Assembly: GCA_016217555.1 (NCBI GenBank)
Contig: JACRHW010000016.1
Location: forward strand, 8,845 to 72,844
DNA length: 64,000 nt
Direction: 5' to 3'
Source of the DNA: Parcubacteria group bacterium
GTDB taxonomy: Bacteria > Patescibacteriota > Minisyncoccia > UBA6257 > JACRHW01
Shown here: in pieces, positions 1 through 8,972 of the stretch
Numbering within the stretch: position 1 is the first letter of the stretch
Layout: each line of letters opens with the position of its first letter
Program-made: the position numbers and the translations under genes
Notes under the pieces: generated by a model
Seen by the model: only the letters and a program-made list of their open reading frames with translations
What the model was told of the DNA's origin: nothing
Databases searched by the model: none

Positions 1-200
1 GTATGGAGGTAACAGCATATATCCCTGGAGAGGGGCATAATTTACAGGAACACTCTGTGGTGATGATTCGTGGAGGAAAGGTAAAAGATTTGCCAGGGGT
101 ACGTTATCACATCGTGCGTGGAAGACTTGATACATCAGGCGTTCAGAATAGAAAGCAACAGCGCTCTAAATATGGCGCAAAAAGACCTAAGGCAAAATAA
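1..200 (+). CDS. rpsL: 30S ribosomal protein S12, C-terminal portion (5' end upstream of window)
   Basis: Frame open at window edge; ...[29 protein letters not shown]... is the conserved S12 C-terminus; followed by S7 and EF-G in str-operon order. Confidence 0.9.
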   Translation, partial: MEVTAYIPGEGHNLQEHSVVMIRGGKVKDLPGVRYHIVRGRLDTSGVQNRKQQRSKYGAKRPKAK

Positions 201-237
201 TCAGCTTTTAGGAATAGACGGTCCTAAATTTCCCTAG

Positions 238-263
238 GAGCTATAAGCTATAAGCTATAAACT
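238..263 (+). repeat. tandem heptamer array (CTATAAG)x3 ending ~6 nt before rpsG ATG; AGCT-core short-repeat family
   Basis: gagctataagctataagctataaac read directly; related AGCT-rich arrays precede other r-protein genes. Confidence 0.6.
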
Positions 264-268
264 AAACC

Positions 269-739
269 ATGAGAAGAAAAAGAAAATATACACGAGAACT
301 TGAACCAGATGCTGTTTACGAAAGCGTAGAGGTTACGCGCTTTATTAATAAACTCATGTCTGATGGAAAGAAGGCAGCCGCCGAAAAAATTATGTATGGC
401 GCACTTGATATTGTTGCTGAAAAAACAAAACTTAATCCTTCAGAGGTTCTTAAAACAGCAATTGATAATGTGGCACCAACTGTCGAGGTAGCATCACGCA
501 GGGTGGGTGGTGCAAACTATCAGGTTCCACGCGAGGTGCGCCCAACACGAAGATTCGCCCTCGCATTACGTTGGCTTATCGGTGCAGCTCAGGCTAAAAA
601 AACAGGGAAGGGCATGACAGAAAAACTTGCAGAGGAGCTTCTTCTCGCAATACAAAAAGAAGGTGCTGCAATGAAAAAACGCGGTGACATGCACCGCATG
701 GCAGAGGCCAACAAAGCATTCGCGCATTTTAAATGGTAA
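269..739 (+). CDS. rpsG: 30S ribosomal protein S7
   Basis: 156 aa; MRRKRKYTRELEPD... and ...GGANYQVPREVRPTRR... match the S7 family; position between S12 and EF-G. Confidence 0.95.
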   Translation: MRRKRKYTRELEPDAVYESVEVTRFINKLMSDGKKAAAEKIMYGALDIVAEKTKLNPSEVLKTAIDNVAPTVEVASRRVGGANYQVPREVRPTRRFALALRWLIGAAQAKKTGKGMTEKLAEELLLAIQKEGAAMKKRGDMHRMAEANKAFAHFKW

Positions 740-858
740 AAATAAATATACTAATATACGAATCCGTTCAAATGATACGAATGGTTACGAATACGAGTTG
801 AGACTATTCGTATTGATTTGTATCATTAGTATAATTCGTATATTTGTATGTTTACCTT
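740..858 (+). promoter_or_regulatory. rpsG-fusA spacer containing four TACGAAT/ATTCGTA motifs arranged as nested inverted repeats
   Basis: atatacgaatcc...gatacgaatggttacgaatacgag...ctattcgtattg...taattcgtatat; outer arms atatacgaat / attcgtatat are reverse complements. Confidence 0.4.
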
Positions 859-2982
859 ATGAGACAATATCCTATCGAAAAATATCGTAACATTGGCATT
901 ATTGCCCACATCGACGCTGGAAAAACAACCGTTTCCGAGCGCATTTTGTTTTATACAGGCATATCCTATAAGATTGGTGAGGTGCATGAAGGGGCCGCAG
1001 TTATGGACTGGATGGAACAAGAACAGGAACGTGGTATCACTATTACAGCGGCTGCGACGACTTGTTTTTGGACGCCCACTTATCTCAAGGATGGCGTTGC
1101 TGATTTAGAAAAGGTTAAGAAAGAGCACGAACATCGCATCAATATTATCGATACTCCAGGTCATGTGGACTTTACTGTTGAGGTAGAGCGATCACTTCGT
1201 GTACTAGATGGAGGCGTTGTTGTTTTTGACGGGGTAGCAGGCGTAGAACCACAGTCAGAAACAGTGTGGAGACAGGCCGATAAATATCATGTGCCTCGTA
1301 TTTGTTTTATCAATAAACTCGATCGATTGGGTGCAAGCTTTGAACGATCACTTGCCTCTGTTCATGAACGCCTTACTCCCCATGCTGTACCCCTAAGTAT
1401 TCCTATTGGTTTAGAATCAGATTTCAAGGGCGTCATTGACCTTATCCGTATGAAAGCTGTTTCGTTTGTGGGGGAAAATGGAAATGATATTGTTCTCTCG
1501 GATATCCCAGAAGATTTGTCAGCAGAGGCAGAGATGTATCGCCATAATCTTATAGAAAAAATTGTTGAACAGGACGACGAATTGCTTACAAAATATCTTG
1601 ATGGAAAGGAGATCAGTGAACAAGAACTTCGTCGTGCATTAAGAAAGGCAACGATTGCTGGTGCTATTGTTCCGGTACTTTGTGGATCCGCTTTGAAAAA
1701 CAAGGGAGTTCAGCTTGTGCTTGATGCGGTAATTGATTATCTTCCAGCACCAACTGATATTCCGGCAATTAAAGGAACAGATCCTGATTCCGGAAACGAA
1801 CTCGAGCGTCATCCTAATGACGAAGAACCATTTTCTGGGCTTGCTTTTAAAGTTGCTACCGACCCTTTTATTGGAAATCTCACCTATGTGCGTGTCTATT
1901 CGGGTGTTTTGAAACGTAGTAGTTATGTTTTAAATTCGGTAAAGGGTGAGCAGGAGCGTATTGGGCGTCTTGTGCGCATGCACGCAAATCATCGTGAGGA
2001 AATTGAGGAAATGTACGCAGGAGATCTTGGTGCTGTGGTGGGACTTAAAACCACATTTACCGGAGACACTCTTTGTGATTCTGCTACGCCTATTGTTTTA
2101 GAAAAAATTATATTTCCAGAACCTGTTATTTCGGTACGTATCGAACCAAAAACAAAAGCAGACCAAGAAAAGATGGGTATTGCACTACGTAGGTTGGCAC
2201 AGGAGGATCCAACATTCCGTATTATAAGCGACCAGGAGACAAACGAAACATTAATTTATGGTATGGGAGAACTCCATCTTGAAATTCTCGTTGATCGTAT
2301 GTTTCGCGAGTTTAAGGTAGAAGCAAATGTAGGAAGACCGCAAGTAGCATACAAGGAAGCCATTAAAGCAAAGGCGGAGGCAGAGGGTAAATATATCCGT
2401 CAATCTGGAGGTAAGGGTCAATATGGACATGTGCGCTTGAGAATCGAACCACGAGAACGTGGTGCAGGGTTTGAATTTACTAATGCTATCAAGGGAGGTG
2501 CCATTCCGCAGGAGTTTATTCCTGCCGTTGAAAAGGGAGTGAAGGAGGCAACAATGAAAGGGGTTCTCGCTGGATATCCTGTCGTTGATGTTGCGGTAAC
2601 ACTTTATGATGGATCGTATCATGACGTAGACTCTTCCGAATCTGCTTTTAAAATTGCAGGTTCTATGGCGTTTCAAGAAGCGGCAAAGCGTGGAGGTATT
2701 TCGATTCTTGAACCTATCATGAAGGTCCAGGTTATTATTCCTATCCAATTCCTAGGCGATGTGTCTGGTGATCTCAATGCCAAGAGAGGAAGAATTGAAT
2801 CCATTGATGAGCGTCTGAATGTAAAAGTTATCGATGTAAAGGTGCCACTTTCAGAAATGTTTGGATACGCCACAAAAATTCGTTCCATGACGGAGGGGAG
2901 AGGAATATTTACCATGGAATTTGATAGCTATCAGGAGATGCCAAAGAATGTGGCAGAACTCATGATGGCAGGCAAGAAGTAA
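859..2982 (+). CDS. fusA: translation elongation factor G
   Basis: GTPase motifs [21 protein letters not shown]; full EF-G domain set; ATG at 859 chosen (track ORF starts at TTG 844). Confidence 0.95.
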   Translation: MRQYPIEKYRNIGIIAHIDAGKTTVSERILFYTGISYKIGEVHEGAAVMDWMEQEQERGITITAAATTCFWTPTYLKDGVADLEKVKKEHEHRINIIDTPGHVDFTVEVERSLRVLDGGVVVFDGVAGVEPQSETVWRQADKYHVPRICFINKLDRLGASFERSLASVHERLTPHAVPLSIPIGLESDFKGVIDLIRMKAVSFVGENGNDIVLSDIPEDLSAEAEMYRHNLIEKIVEQDDELLTKYLDGKEISEQELRRALRKATIAGAIVPVLCGSALKNKGVQLVLDAVIDYLPAPTDIPAIKGTDPDSGNELERHPNDEEPFSGLAFKVATDPFIGNLTYVRVYSGVLKRSSYVLNSVKGEQERIGRLVRMHANHREEIEEMYAGDLGAVVGLKTTFTGDTLCDSATPIVLEKIIFPEPVISVRIEPKTKADQEKMGIALRRLAQEDPTFRIISDQETNETLIYGMGELHLEILVDRMFREFKVEANVGRPQVAYKEAIKAKAEAEGKYIRQSGGKGQYGHVRLRIEPRERGAGFEFTNAIKGGAIPQEFIPAVEKGVKEATMKGVLAGYPVVDVAVTLYDGSYHDVDSSESAFKIAGSMAFQEAAKRGGISILEPIMKVQVIIPIQFLGDVSGDLNAKRGRIESIDERLNVKVIDVKVPLSEMFGYATKIRSMTEGRGIFTMEFDSYQEMPKNVAELMMAGKK

Positions 2983-3158
2983 AGGAGTTGGCTTCTGAAC
3001 GTAGTGAAGAACTGCCAAACCTTTACCCCGCCCTCTAAGCACATCGAGCCTCGTTTTAACCTTGTATCCACATGCATAGAGGGCGGGGTGCTCAATGTTG
3101 TAGATAAATTTATCTCGCTCAACATTGGGTCTCGCTCATAAATTTAAACAACATTGGC
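2983..3158 (+). repeat. structured junction element copy A (~176 bp; RNase P RNA-like)
   Basis: Starts at fusA stop and ends ...caacattggc directly before the next ATG; hairpin ccccgccctctaagcaca...atgcatagagggcgggg plus second inverted repeat caatgttg/caacattg; near-identical copies at 38716 and 40385. Confidence 0.8.
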
Positions 3159-3380
3159 ATGAATACTTTCGAAAAAATAAAAAAAATTCTTGAGTATGGA
3201 AGTGGAAAGGCGATTGTGCTTGACCACGAAGCAACCCCAGCATTTATCGTGATGAACTGGAAGGAGTATGAAAAAATACTCCACACCATCGATGTGCTAC
3301 GTGGATTACAAGAGCAACCAATACATCACGTTCCACGCCCATCACACGACCAACTTACTCTCAACGATCTACCTCTATAG
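3159..3380 (+). CDS. small hypothetical protein, weakly Phd/YefM-antitoxin-like
   Basis: 73 aa; ...KAIVLDHEATPAFIVMNWKEYEKIL... resembles the Phd/YefM fold motif; no toxin partner downstream. Confidence 0.4.
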   Translation: MNTFEKIKKILEYGSGKAIVLDHEATPAFIVMNWKEYEKILHTIDVLRGLQEQPIHHVPRPSHDQLTLNDLPL

Positions 3381-3383
3381 TCA

Positions 3384-3494
3384 CACCTACCCCTCTCCAA
3401 AACTCGCCTCCAAGAGGGAGACCGTTACAACCCCCCTATTATAGCGATACAACTTGACTCCCCCTTGAGGGCTCGCTTCGGAGAGGGGTAGGTT
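3384..3494 (+). repeat. palindromic intergenic element, copy 1 of 2 (second copy inverted at ~56757-56845)
   Basis: 15-bp arms cacctacccctctcc / ggagaggggtaggt flank a core ctccaagagggagaccgttacaacccccctattatagcgatacaacttgactcccccttgaggg that recurs in reverse complement near 56760-56830 at roughly 80 percent identity. Confidence 0.6.
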
Positions 3495-3513
3495 CCAAAC
3501 TAGTATAATATAG

Positions 3514-3543
3514 AAAACACCCCTGTGGGTGTTTTTGGTTTTG
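3514..3543. terminator. bidirectional rho-independent terminator between convergent genes
   Basis: aaaacacccctgtgggtgtttttggtttt; stem acaccc/gggtgt then T-run on + strand, A/T-rich on the other side; sits at the stop of minus-strand ORF 3544-3882. Confidence 0.6.
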
Positions 3544-3882
3544 TTATAAATCTGGTTTTAAAATGCTTTCGAGGAGAAGCTGTTTTATCTCGTCGTACGG
3601 TGTGCGAGAGAAAAAGGGGATGCCGAGGTTGGGGACATCGCGAAGACACTCATTCCAAAAGACTTCAAAAATCGCCTTGGTCCACTCGTCGGGGCTTATT
3701 ACTTCGTTTTTCATACCACGCCACTGCTTTACGCGTCCGAGTCTCATTAGATATTGCTCCCACTCGTAGAAACGACGTTTAAGAATTGAGAGATACCAGC
3801 TCTTTTGTTCACTATCTTTTGGGGGAAAGGCGACAAGATTAAAGATGATGGTTTCCGCATCATAGTCGATGAAGCTACTCAT
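3544..3882 (-). CDS. hypothetical protein
   Basis: 112-aa ORF, no recognisable motifs; start lies 8 nt after the stop of the upstream minus-strand ORF in a different frame. Confidence 0.4.
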   Translation of the reverse strand: MSSFIDYDAETIIFNLVAFPPKDSEQKSWYLSILKRRFYEWEQYLMRLGRVKQWRGMKNEVISPDEWTKAIFEVFWNECLRDVPNLGIPFFSRTPYDEIKQLLLESILKPDL

Positions 3883-3890
3883 CGTTGCGC

Positions 3891-4310
3891 CTACTCAAAC
3901 GAACCATGCGAAAGATGTCTACATTCGCGATCATTTGGCTTTGAACTAAATACATGGCTTGCGCTTTCAACAAGAGTTTTGTCGTATGCTCCAACAAGAT
4001 CGTGTACAACAAGGTGTGCGCTTTCTTTAACCTCATCATCTATCTCTTGTTGTAACTCTTCTTTGTAGTGTTTGGGATGTGGATGTCTTTTCAGCCACGT
4101 TATCTTCCTATAAAGCTCGTGGTGCCAACACTCACTACTGTTGGGACATATGGTGGCGACACCATATCCAGGATAACCACCCATCGTTACTCGATTGGTT
4201 AACCCACCGCACACCCAGCACTTAAATACCTGAAGCGTTCGAAACGTATCATCGCGTTTATTCGGATAATCTTTTTTCCGCATATCATAGAGGACGATGT
4301 TTTCACCCAT
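3891..4310 (-). CDS. hypothetical Cys/His-rich protein (possible metal-binding or HD-like motif)
   Basis: 139 aa; CWVCGG...CPNSSECWHHE...HLVVHDLVGAYDKT; could be one disrupted gene together with 3544-3882. Confidence 0.4.
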   Translation of the reverse strand: MGENIVLYDMRKKDYPNKRDDTFRTLQVFKCWVCGGLTNRVTMGGYPGYGVATICPNSSECWHHELYRKITWLKRHPHPKHYKEELQQEIDDEVKESAHLVVHDLVGAYDKTLVESASHVFSSKPNDRECRHLSHGSFE

Positions 4311-4377
4311 TTTCTGTCACCCCTGTTATAAAAGTACTGTTTCTATATTAAACCCAAAATCAACTTTTTTAAAACCC

Positions 4378-4406
4378 TTGACAAATCCGCAAAAACTGGT
4401 TTACTT
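4378..4406 (+). promoter_or_regulatory. weak promoter-like sequence upstream of ORF 4445
   Basis: TTGACA, 17-nt spacer, then poor -10 (ttactt). Confidence 0.25.
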
Positions 4407-4444
4407 AAATCAGCACAAAACACACAAAAAAGGAGAAAAAAATC

Positions 4445-4951
4445 ATGGGTACACCAAGTACGAACATTCTCACCATCGACCGTTCCCAACCCTTTAACTC
4501 CGAACCCTTTTTCGACAATTGGTGGAGCTTCTGGAAAGGTCCGATCGACGGCAATGGTCTCGAAGGTGACGAGGAGCAAGATCAACGTTCCCTCACCATC
4601 ACGGAGTTGGATCTGAACAAGATTCGTCTCGTGACTATGTTTAATGGTAAGACTAGAATGTCGGGCGAGGAGAGTCTGGTGCTTCTCAAGGCGAGTGGTG
4701 TCATTCGCCTCGACGCCAAGGTTTTCAAGACGCTCTTAGAGAACCAGTCTCATATCCCTAAAGAGTGGTGGAAGAAGACAAATGGTCTCACAACCAGCAT
4801 CTTCTTCGATGGCACGGTTTTCCGCGGTTCGCGTGGCACTTGTTGGACGCTCTGTCTCTGCCTCAGCGGTGGCGAGTGTGGCTGGGGCTACGGCGGGATC
4901 GGCTATAGTCGGAGCGTCGACGATCTGTCTGCGGTGTATGTAAATTCCTAA
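4445..4951 (+). CDS. hypothetical protein
   Basis: 168 aa; preceded by a strong SD aaaaaggag 9 nt before the ATG, which is rare in this window; no known motifs. Confidence 0.55.
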   Translation: MGTPSTNILTIDRSQPFNSEPFFDNWWSFWKGPIDGNGLEGDEEQDQRSLTITELDLNKIRLVTMFNGKTRMSGEESLVLLKASGVIRLDAKVFKTLLENQSHIPKEWWKKTNGLTTSIFFDGTVFRGSRGTCWTLCLCLSGGECGWGYGGIGYSRSVDDLSAVYVNS

Positions 4952-4957
4952 TCCATA

Positions 4958-4990
4958 CCCCACGCACAAGGATGTGTGGGTTTTAATTTC
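4958..4990 (+). terminator. rho-independent terminator-like hairpin
   Basis: cccacgcacaaggatgtgtggg followed by ttttaattt. Confidence 0.5.
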
Positions 4991-5030
4991 TGAAAACCTT
5001 CGGAGGGAAACCAAAAAACAAACACCTGCC

Positions 5031-5145
5031 ACTATGCCACAGCATAGTAGTAACATATTTTTATAGCGGGTCCTAAAAAATGTTTTTAGTCATACCCAGC
5101 ATGCCGTGGCATAGCTCCAACTATGGTAGTCGAACTACCATAGTT
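5031..5145. promoter_or_regulatory. cluster of three perfect palindromes sharing a CTATG/CATAG core
   Basis: actatgccacagcatagt; catgccgtggcatag; aactatggtagtcgaactaccatagtt (12-bp arms), all within ~115 bp upstream of ORF 5200. Confidence 0.4.
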
Positions 5146-5199
5146 AGTAAAAGCATCGTTGCCTTTTGAGACCTGTTGATTTAGTCTAATGGTAGTACT

Positions 5200-5568
5200 T
5201 TGAAGATAGGGGTGGGATGGGTAATGGAAAAAGAACCGCTTGTATTTATCATTGTTCCCAAAGGAAACACAAAAGCCAAAGATGCCCTAAAAAAACTAGG
5301 AGAGTATGCAACATCTCTTTCTATTTGTTTCACTGATACATATGTGTTTCGTAGAGTGAATATGTTTACGGTAGCCCTCAACAAAAAGGATGCTGAAATA
5401 TTGTTTCGTGCTAAATTTCAATGGGTTACCTTTACCGTGCCCAATCTCAACACAGGACCCCACGAAAAGAGTGATTGGAAGGTAATTAAACCACCACAAA
5501 TTCCGCAAGGGCTAGAAGATAGTATCCAATCTATTACCTTAGACCAACAAGTTTTTCTCACCGATTAG
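5200..5568 (+). CDS. hypothetical protein
   Basis: 122-aa ORF starting at TTG (alternative ATG at 5224); followed by a strong terminator; no known motifs. Confidence 0.45.
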   Translation: MKIGVGWVMEKEPLVFIIVPKGNTKAKDALKKLGEYATSLSICFTDTYVFRRVNMFTVALNKKDAEILFRAKFQWVTFTVPNLNTGPHEKSDWKVIKPPQIPQGLEDSIQSITLDQQVFLTD

Positions 5569-5571
5569 TTG

Positions 5572-5630
5572 TGAACCTCCCCGCCCTTACAGGCGGGGAG
5601 GTTCACAGGGGATTGAAATTTCTTTTGTGA
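5572..5630 (+). terminator. rho-independent terminator
   Basis: gtgaacctccccgcc cttaca ggcggggaggttcac (15-bp perfect stem) followed by tttcttttgtg. Confidence 0.75.
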
Positions 5631-5706
5631 GGAATTTTGATTAATTATCATATGCCACCCAAAAACTGGGTGGTTCTCATTTTTACCACCCCAAACGTAA
5701 CAGGGG

Positions 5707-5734
5707 TTGACATATGTTTAAAAATCACTAAACT
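5707..5734 (+). promoter_or_regulatory. sigma70-like promoter upstream of tuf
   Basis: TTGACA, 16-nt spacer, TAAACT; about 95 nt upstream of tuf ATG. Confidence 0.45.
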
Positions 5735-5829
5735 TAATCAGGTAGGTAGATAAACATTTAACTAACATAACAAGAGTAGACAGTGATGCTAAAGCATTAC
5801 TTTTTATTCGTAGAAACAAAAAAATTAGT

Positions 5830-7029
5830 ATGGCGGAAAAAGCAAAATTCGAAAGGACAAAGCCACACGTAAACGTCGGAACCATTGGTCACGTTGACCA
5901 CGGGAAGACTACGCTTACTGCGGCCATCACCCACGTGCTCCATCTTAAGGGGTTTGTTGATAAGGAGGAGTCAGTGGATCAAATCGATAACGCACCCGAG
6001 GAAAAAGCTCGTGGTATTACTATTGCTCTTCACCACTCTGAATATCAGACAGAAAAACGCCACTATGCTCACATCGATGCTCCAGGTCACGCCGATTACA
6101 TCAAGAACATGATTACTGGTGCAGCTCAGATGGATGGTGCCATCCTTGTTGTTTCAGCAGTTGATGGTCCTATGCCTCAGACACGTGAACACATTTTGCT
6201 TGCACGTCAGGTGGGTGTTCCCGCACTTGTTGTCTTTTTGAACAAAGTAGATATGGTTGATGATCCAGAACTTATTGATCTCGTTGAGGAGGAGGTTCGT
6301 GAATTGCTTACAAAACAAGAATTTCATGGAGATAAGGCTCCTGTGATCCGCGGTTCAGCTCTCAAGGCTCTTAATGCAAAATCAGCAGATGATCCAGACG
6401 TACAGCCTATTATGGATCTTGTAAATGCACTTGACACCTATATTCCTGATCCTGTACGTGACACGGAAAAACCATTTTTGATGCCTATCGAAGATATCTT
6501 TACTATTGAAGGACGCGGAACTGTTGTAACGGGTCGCGCAGAACGTGGTGTGATTAAGACAAACGATGAGGTTGAAATTATTGGTCTCCGCCCAAGCCAG
6601 AAAACAGTAATTACCGGTATCGAAATGTTCCAAAAGACACTTGACGAAGGTCGTGCAGGAGATAATGTTGGACTTCTTATTCGCGGTATTAAGAAAGAAG
6701 ACGTAGAACGTGGTCAGGTTATTGCAAAACCAGGTTCAGTTACCCCCCATACTGATTTTGAAGCAGAAGTATATATTTTGAACAAAGAAGAGGGAGGACG
6801 CCATACACCATTCTTTAAGGGTTACAAACCGCAGTTCTATATCAGAACTACTGATGTAACGGGTGAAGTTCTTTTACCAGAAGGCGTTGAGATGGTTATG
6901 CCTGGAGATAGCGTGAAATTTGGTGTAAAACTTATCTCTCCTGTTGCTCTTGAAGAAAAACAACGTTTTGCCATTCGAGAAGGTGGTAAGACCGTAGGAG
7001 CAGGTGTGGTAACGAAGATTAATAAATAA
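5830..7029 (+). CDS. tuf: translation elongation factor Tu
   Basis: 399 aa; [27 protein letters not shown]; highly conserved EF-Tu. Confidence 0.97.
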   Translation: MAEKAKFERTKPHVNVGTIGHVDHGKTTLTAAITHVLHLKGFVDKEESVDQIDNAPEEKARGITIALHHSEYQTEKRHYAHIDAPGHADYIKNMITGAAQMDGAILVVSAVDGPMPQTREHILLARQVGVPALVVFLNKVDMVDDPELIDLVEEEVRELLTKQEFHGDKAPVIRGSALKALNAKSADDPDVQPIMDLVNALDTYIPDPVRDTEKPFLMPIEDIFTIEGRGTVVTGRAERGVIKTNDEVEIIGLRPSQKTVITGIEMFQKTLDEGRAGDNVGLLIRGIKKEDVERGQVIAKPGSVTPHTDFEAEVYILNKEEGGRHTPFFKGYKPQFYIRTTDVTGEVLLPEGVEMVMPGDSVKFGVKLISPVALEEKQRFAIREGGKTVGAGVVTKINK

Positions 7030-7047
7030 ACTTTTATACTAATAGGT

Positions 7048-7074
7048 GCGCTGAACTTGCGGTGAGCTCAGCGC
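7048..7074 (+). terminator. hairpin after tuf (weak terminator)
   Basis: gcgctga acttgcggtgagc tcagcgc followed by a weak U-tract gctcgttt; second small palindrome gtgtagaaatgttctacac follows. Confidence 0.35.
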
Positions 7075-7156
7075 GCTCGTTTAGTGTAGAAATGTTCTAC
7101 ACGAATAGACCCCCTACCAACATAGTGCGTAAGGGATTTAATAAAAAAATAATAAA

Positions 7157-7483
7157 ATGCCAAAGGAAAAAGACGAAAAAGTTCAAATAAGGATTCGACT
7201 CAAGGCGTATGATTACAAAATCATCGAGAATTCTGCACGCCAAATTGTAGATATTGCAGAACGATATAATGCAAAAGTGAGCGGACCCATTCCACTTCCT
7301 ACAGAAATCAAGAAATACACCGTTAATCGTTCCACGTTCGTACACAAAGATAGTAGAGAGCAATTTGAGTTACGTATTCACAAACGTCTTGTAGATATTT
7401 TAGACCCAAATGAGAAGGTGATAGATGCCTTAATGAACCTAATTATGCCAGCAGGAGTGGACATAGAAATTAAAATGATGTAA
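7157..7483 (+). CDS. rpsJ: 30S ribosomal protein S10
   Basis: 108 aa; ...[14 protein letters not shown]...; position tuf-rpsJ-rplC. Confidence 0.95.
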   Translation: MPKEKDEKVQIRIRLKAYDYKIIENSARQIVDIAERYNAKVSGPIPLPTEIKKYTVNRSTFVHKDSREQFELRIHKRLVDILDPNEKVIDALMNLIMPAGVDIEIKMM

Positions 7484-7679
7484 TTGAAAATTGTGCCTTT
7501 GTAGAATCGCTTCGTTTCAGGCTGCGATACTCATTCGTTATATAATATATAACTTATTCCATTTCTCACCCGTGCCTCGCGCTTCCCTCAAATGCACAAT
7601 TTTTCAAAATAAACATCGCTAATGAAGTTTTTAACAATAGCAGTAACGTAAAAAAGGAAGAATGAACTACGGTTTTTAG

Positions 7680-7707
7680 ATACCGGCTTCATTTCCGGTA
7701 TTTTTAT
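7680..7707 (+). terminator. terminator/attenuator-like hairpin in the 230-bp rpsJ-rplC spacer
   Basis: ataccgg cttcattt ccggtat followed by ttttatt, 10 nt before rplC ATG. Confidence 0.4.
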
Positions 7708-7716
7708 TCAAATAAT

Positions 7717-8322
7717 ATGCCATTTACACTTGGTAAAAAATTAGGGATGTCACAAGTATATGATGGGGACAAAAGAATTTCTGTCACCGTACTTGAGGCT
7801 GGCCCTATTACTGTTGCCGCTCTTCGTACCCCAGAGAAAGATGGATATTCCGCGGTGTGTATTGGTTTCGGAACAAAAAAACACAAAACAAAACCGCAGA
7901 CAGGTGAATATAACAATTTGCCTAATTTTTTATCTCTCAAGGAATTTAGAGTGGCATCCGAAGAACTTACTAATTATACGGTGGGGCAGGTATTGGGCGT
8001 TGAGGTTTTTGAAGAGGGCACTAAGGCGCGTATCTCTGGGCTTACAAAAGGAAGGGGATTCCAGGGGGTGGTAAAACGTTATAGTTTTGAAGGCGGACCA
8101 AAAACACATGGTCAGAAAAATCGTCATCGTGCTCCAGGATCTATCGGCGCAACCACACCACAACAAGTTATTAAGGGGAGAAGGATGGCGGGAAGAATGG
8201 GAGGACAAAGAAAGACTATAAAAAATCTTACTATTATCCGCGTAGATAAGGAAAATCAACTTATTGCTATCAAGGGTAACGTACCTGGAAATAAGGGAAG
8301 TCTCATAGAAATAACATCATAG
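7717..8322 (+). CDS. rplC: 50S ribosomal protein L3
   Basis: 201 aa; ...GLTKGRGFQGVVKRY...HGQKNRHRAPGSIG... Confidence 0.95.
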   Translation: MPFTLGKKLGMSQVYDGDKRISVTVLEAGPITVAALRTPEKDGYSAVCIGFGTKKHKTKPQTGEYNNLPNFLSLKEFRVASEELTNYTVGQVLGVEVFEEGTKARISGLTKGRGFQGVVKRYSFEGGPKTHGQKNRHRAPGSIGATTPQQVIKGRRMAGRMGGQRKTIKNLTIIRVDKENQLIAIKGNVPGNKGSLIEITS

Positions 8323-8327
8323 AAAGT

Positions 8328-8966
8328 ATGAAAGCAGATTTGTATAATTCAATGGGGGCGGTAATTGGAACCATCGATGCATCAGATAGGGTTTTTGGCG
8401 TAAAGTGGAATGGAGATCTTATGCGTCAGGTACTTAACACCTATGAGGCAAATGAGAGGCGTCCCCTCGCTCACACAAAAGGACGAGGAGAGGTAAGTGG
8501 GGGGGGTAAAAAACCCTGGAAGCAAAAGGGTACAGGACGTGCACGCGTAGGTTCAAACCGGTCTCCTATTTGGAGAAAGGGTGGCATCACACATGGCCCA
8601 ATTAAAGATAAGGATTATCACAAAGCGCTTCCTAAAAAAATGGCACGAAAGGCCACTGTTATGGCGTTATCCCAAAAACTACGAGACAATGAACTCAAGT
8701 TTATAAGTGGTATGGATTATGTTGAAGCAAAAACAAAAGTAACCGCAACACTTTTGAAACCTTTTGCGGATTTGAAAAAGAAGAATCAACTTTTGGTTGT
8801 TGTCCACGAGAAAAAAGAAGCACTCAATCGTTCTTTGAACAATATCAAAGCCGCCGATTGGGTTCTTGCGAGCGATTTAAATGCAAAAAAACTTATCGGG
8901 CATAGAAACATCATTGTTCTTCAAGACGCACTTGCTCTCATGGAGAAAAATTATAATACCCTATAA
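8328..8966 (+). CDS. rplD: 50S ribosomal protein L4
   Basis: 212 aa; ...KPWKQKGTGRARVGS...; S10-operon order. Confidence 0.95.
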   Translation: MKADLYNSMGAVIGTIDASDRVFGVKWNGDLMRQVLNTYEANERRPLAHTKGRGEVSGGGKKPWKQKGTGRARVGSNRSPIWRKGGITHGPIKDKDYHKALPKKMARKATVMALSQKLRDNELKFISGMDYVEAKTKVTATLLKPFADLKKKNQLLVVVHEKKEALNRSLNNIKAADWVLASDLNAKKLIGHRNIIVLQDALALMEKNYNTL

Positions 8967-8972
8967 AAAAGT

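Noticed and set aside
760-795. tRNA T-arm-like strings (ccgttcaaatg, ggttacgaat) in the rpsG-fusA spacer
   Set aside because: No acceptor-stem complement, anticodon arm or D-arm can be drawn; these strings belong to the TACGAAT repeat array.
2931-3125. Minus-strand ORFs 2931-3125, 38608-38838, 39644-40444 and 40270-40569, several sharing the peptide GKGLAIPHCVRKPNPL
   Set aside because: They lie inside the three copies of the junction repeat, or antisense to rpoA. The shared peptide is simply the same repeat translated in the same frame, and rpoA on the + strand has unambiguous homology.
3159-3380. Calling ORF 3159 a bona fide Phd/YefM antitoxin of a TA pair
   Set aside because: Similarity is weak and motif-level only, and no toxin gene follows (a terminator and convergent genes instead). 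Kept as a low-confidence hypothetical rather than a TA system.
4736-5056. 106-aa minus-strand ORF overlapping the 3' end of gene 4445-4951 and the terminator
   Set aside because: It runs through the terminator hairpin, with no RBS and no motifs; the + strand gene has a strong SD and terminator.
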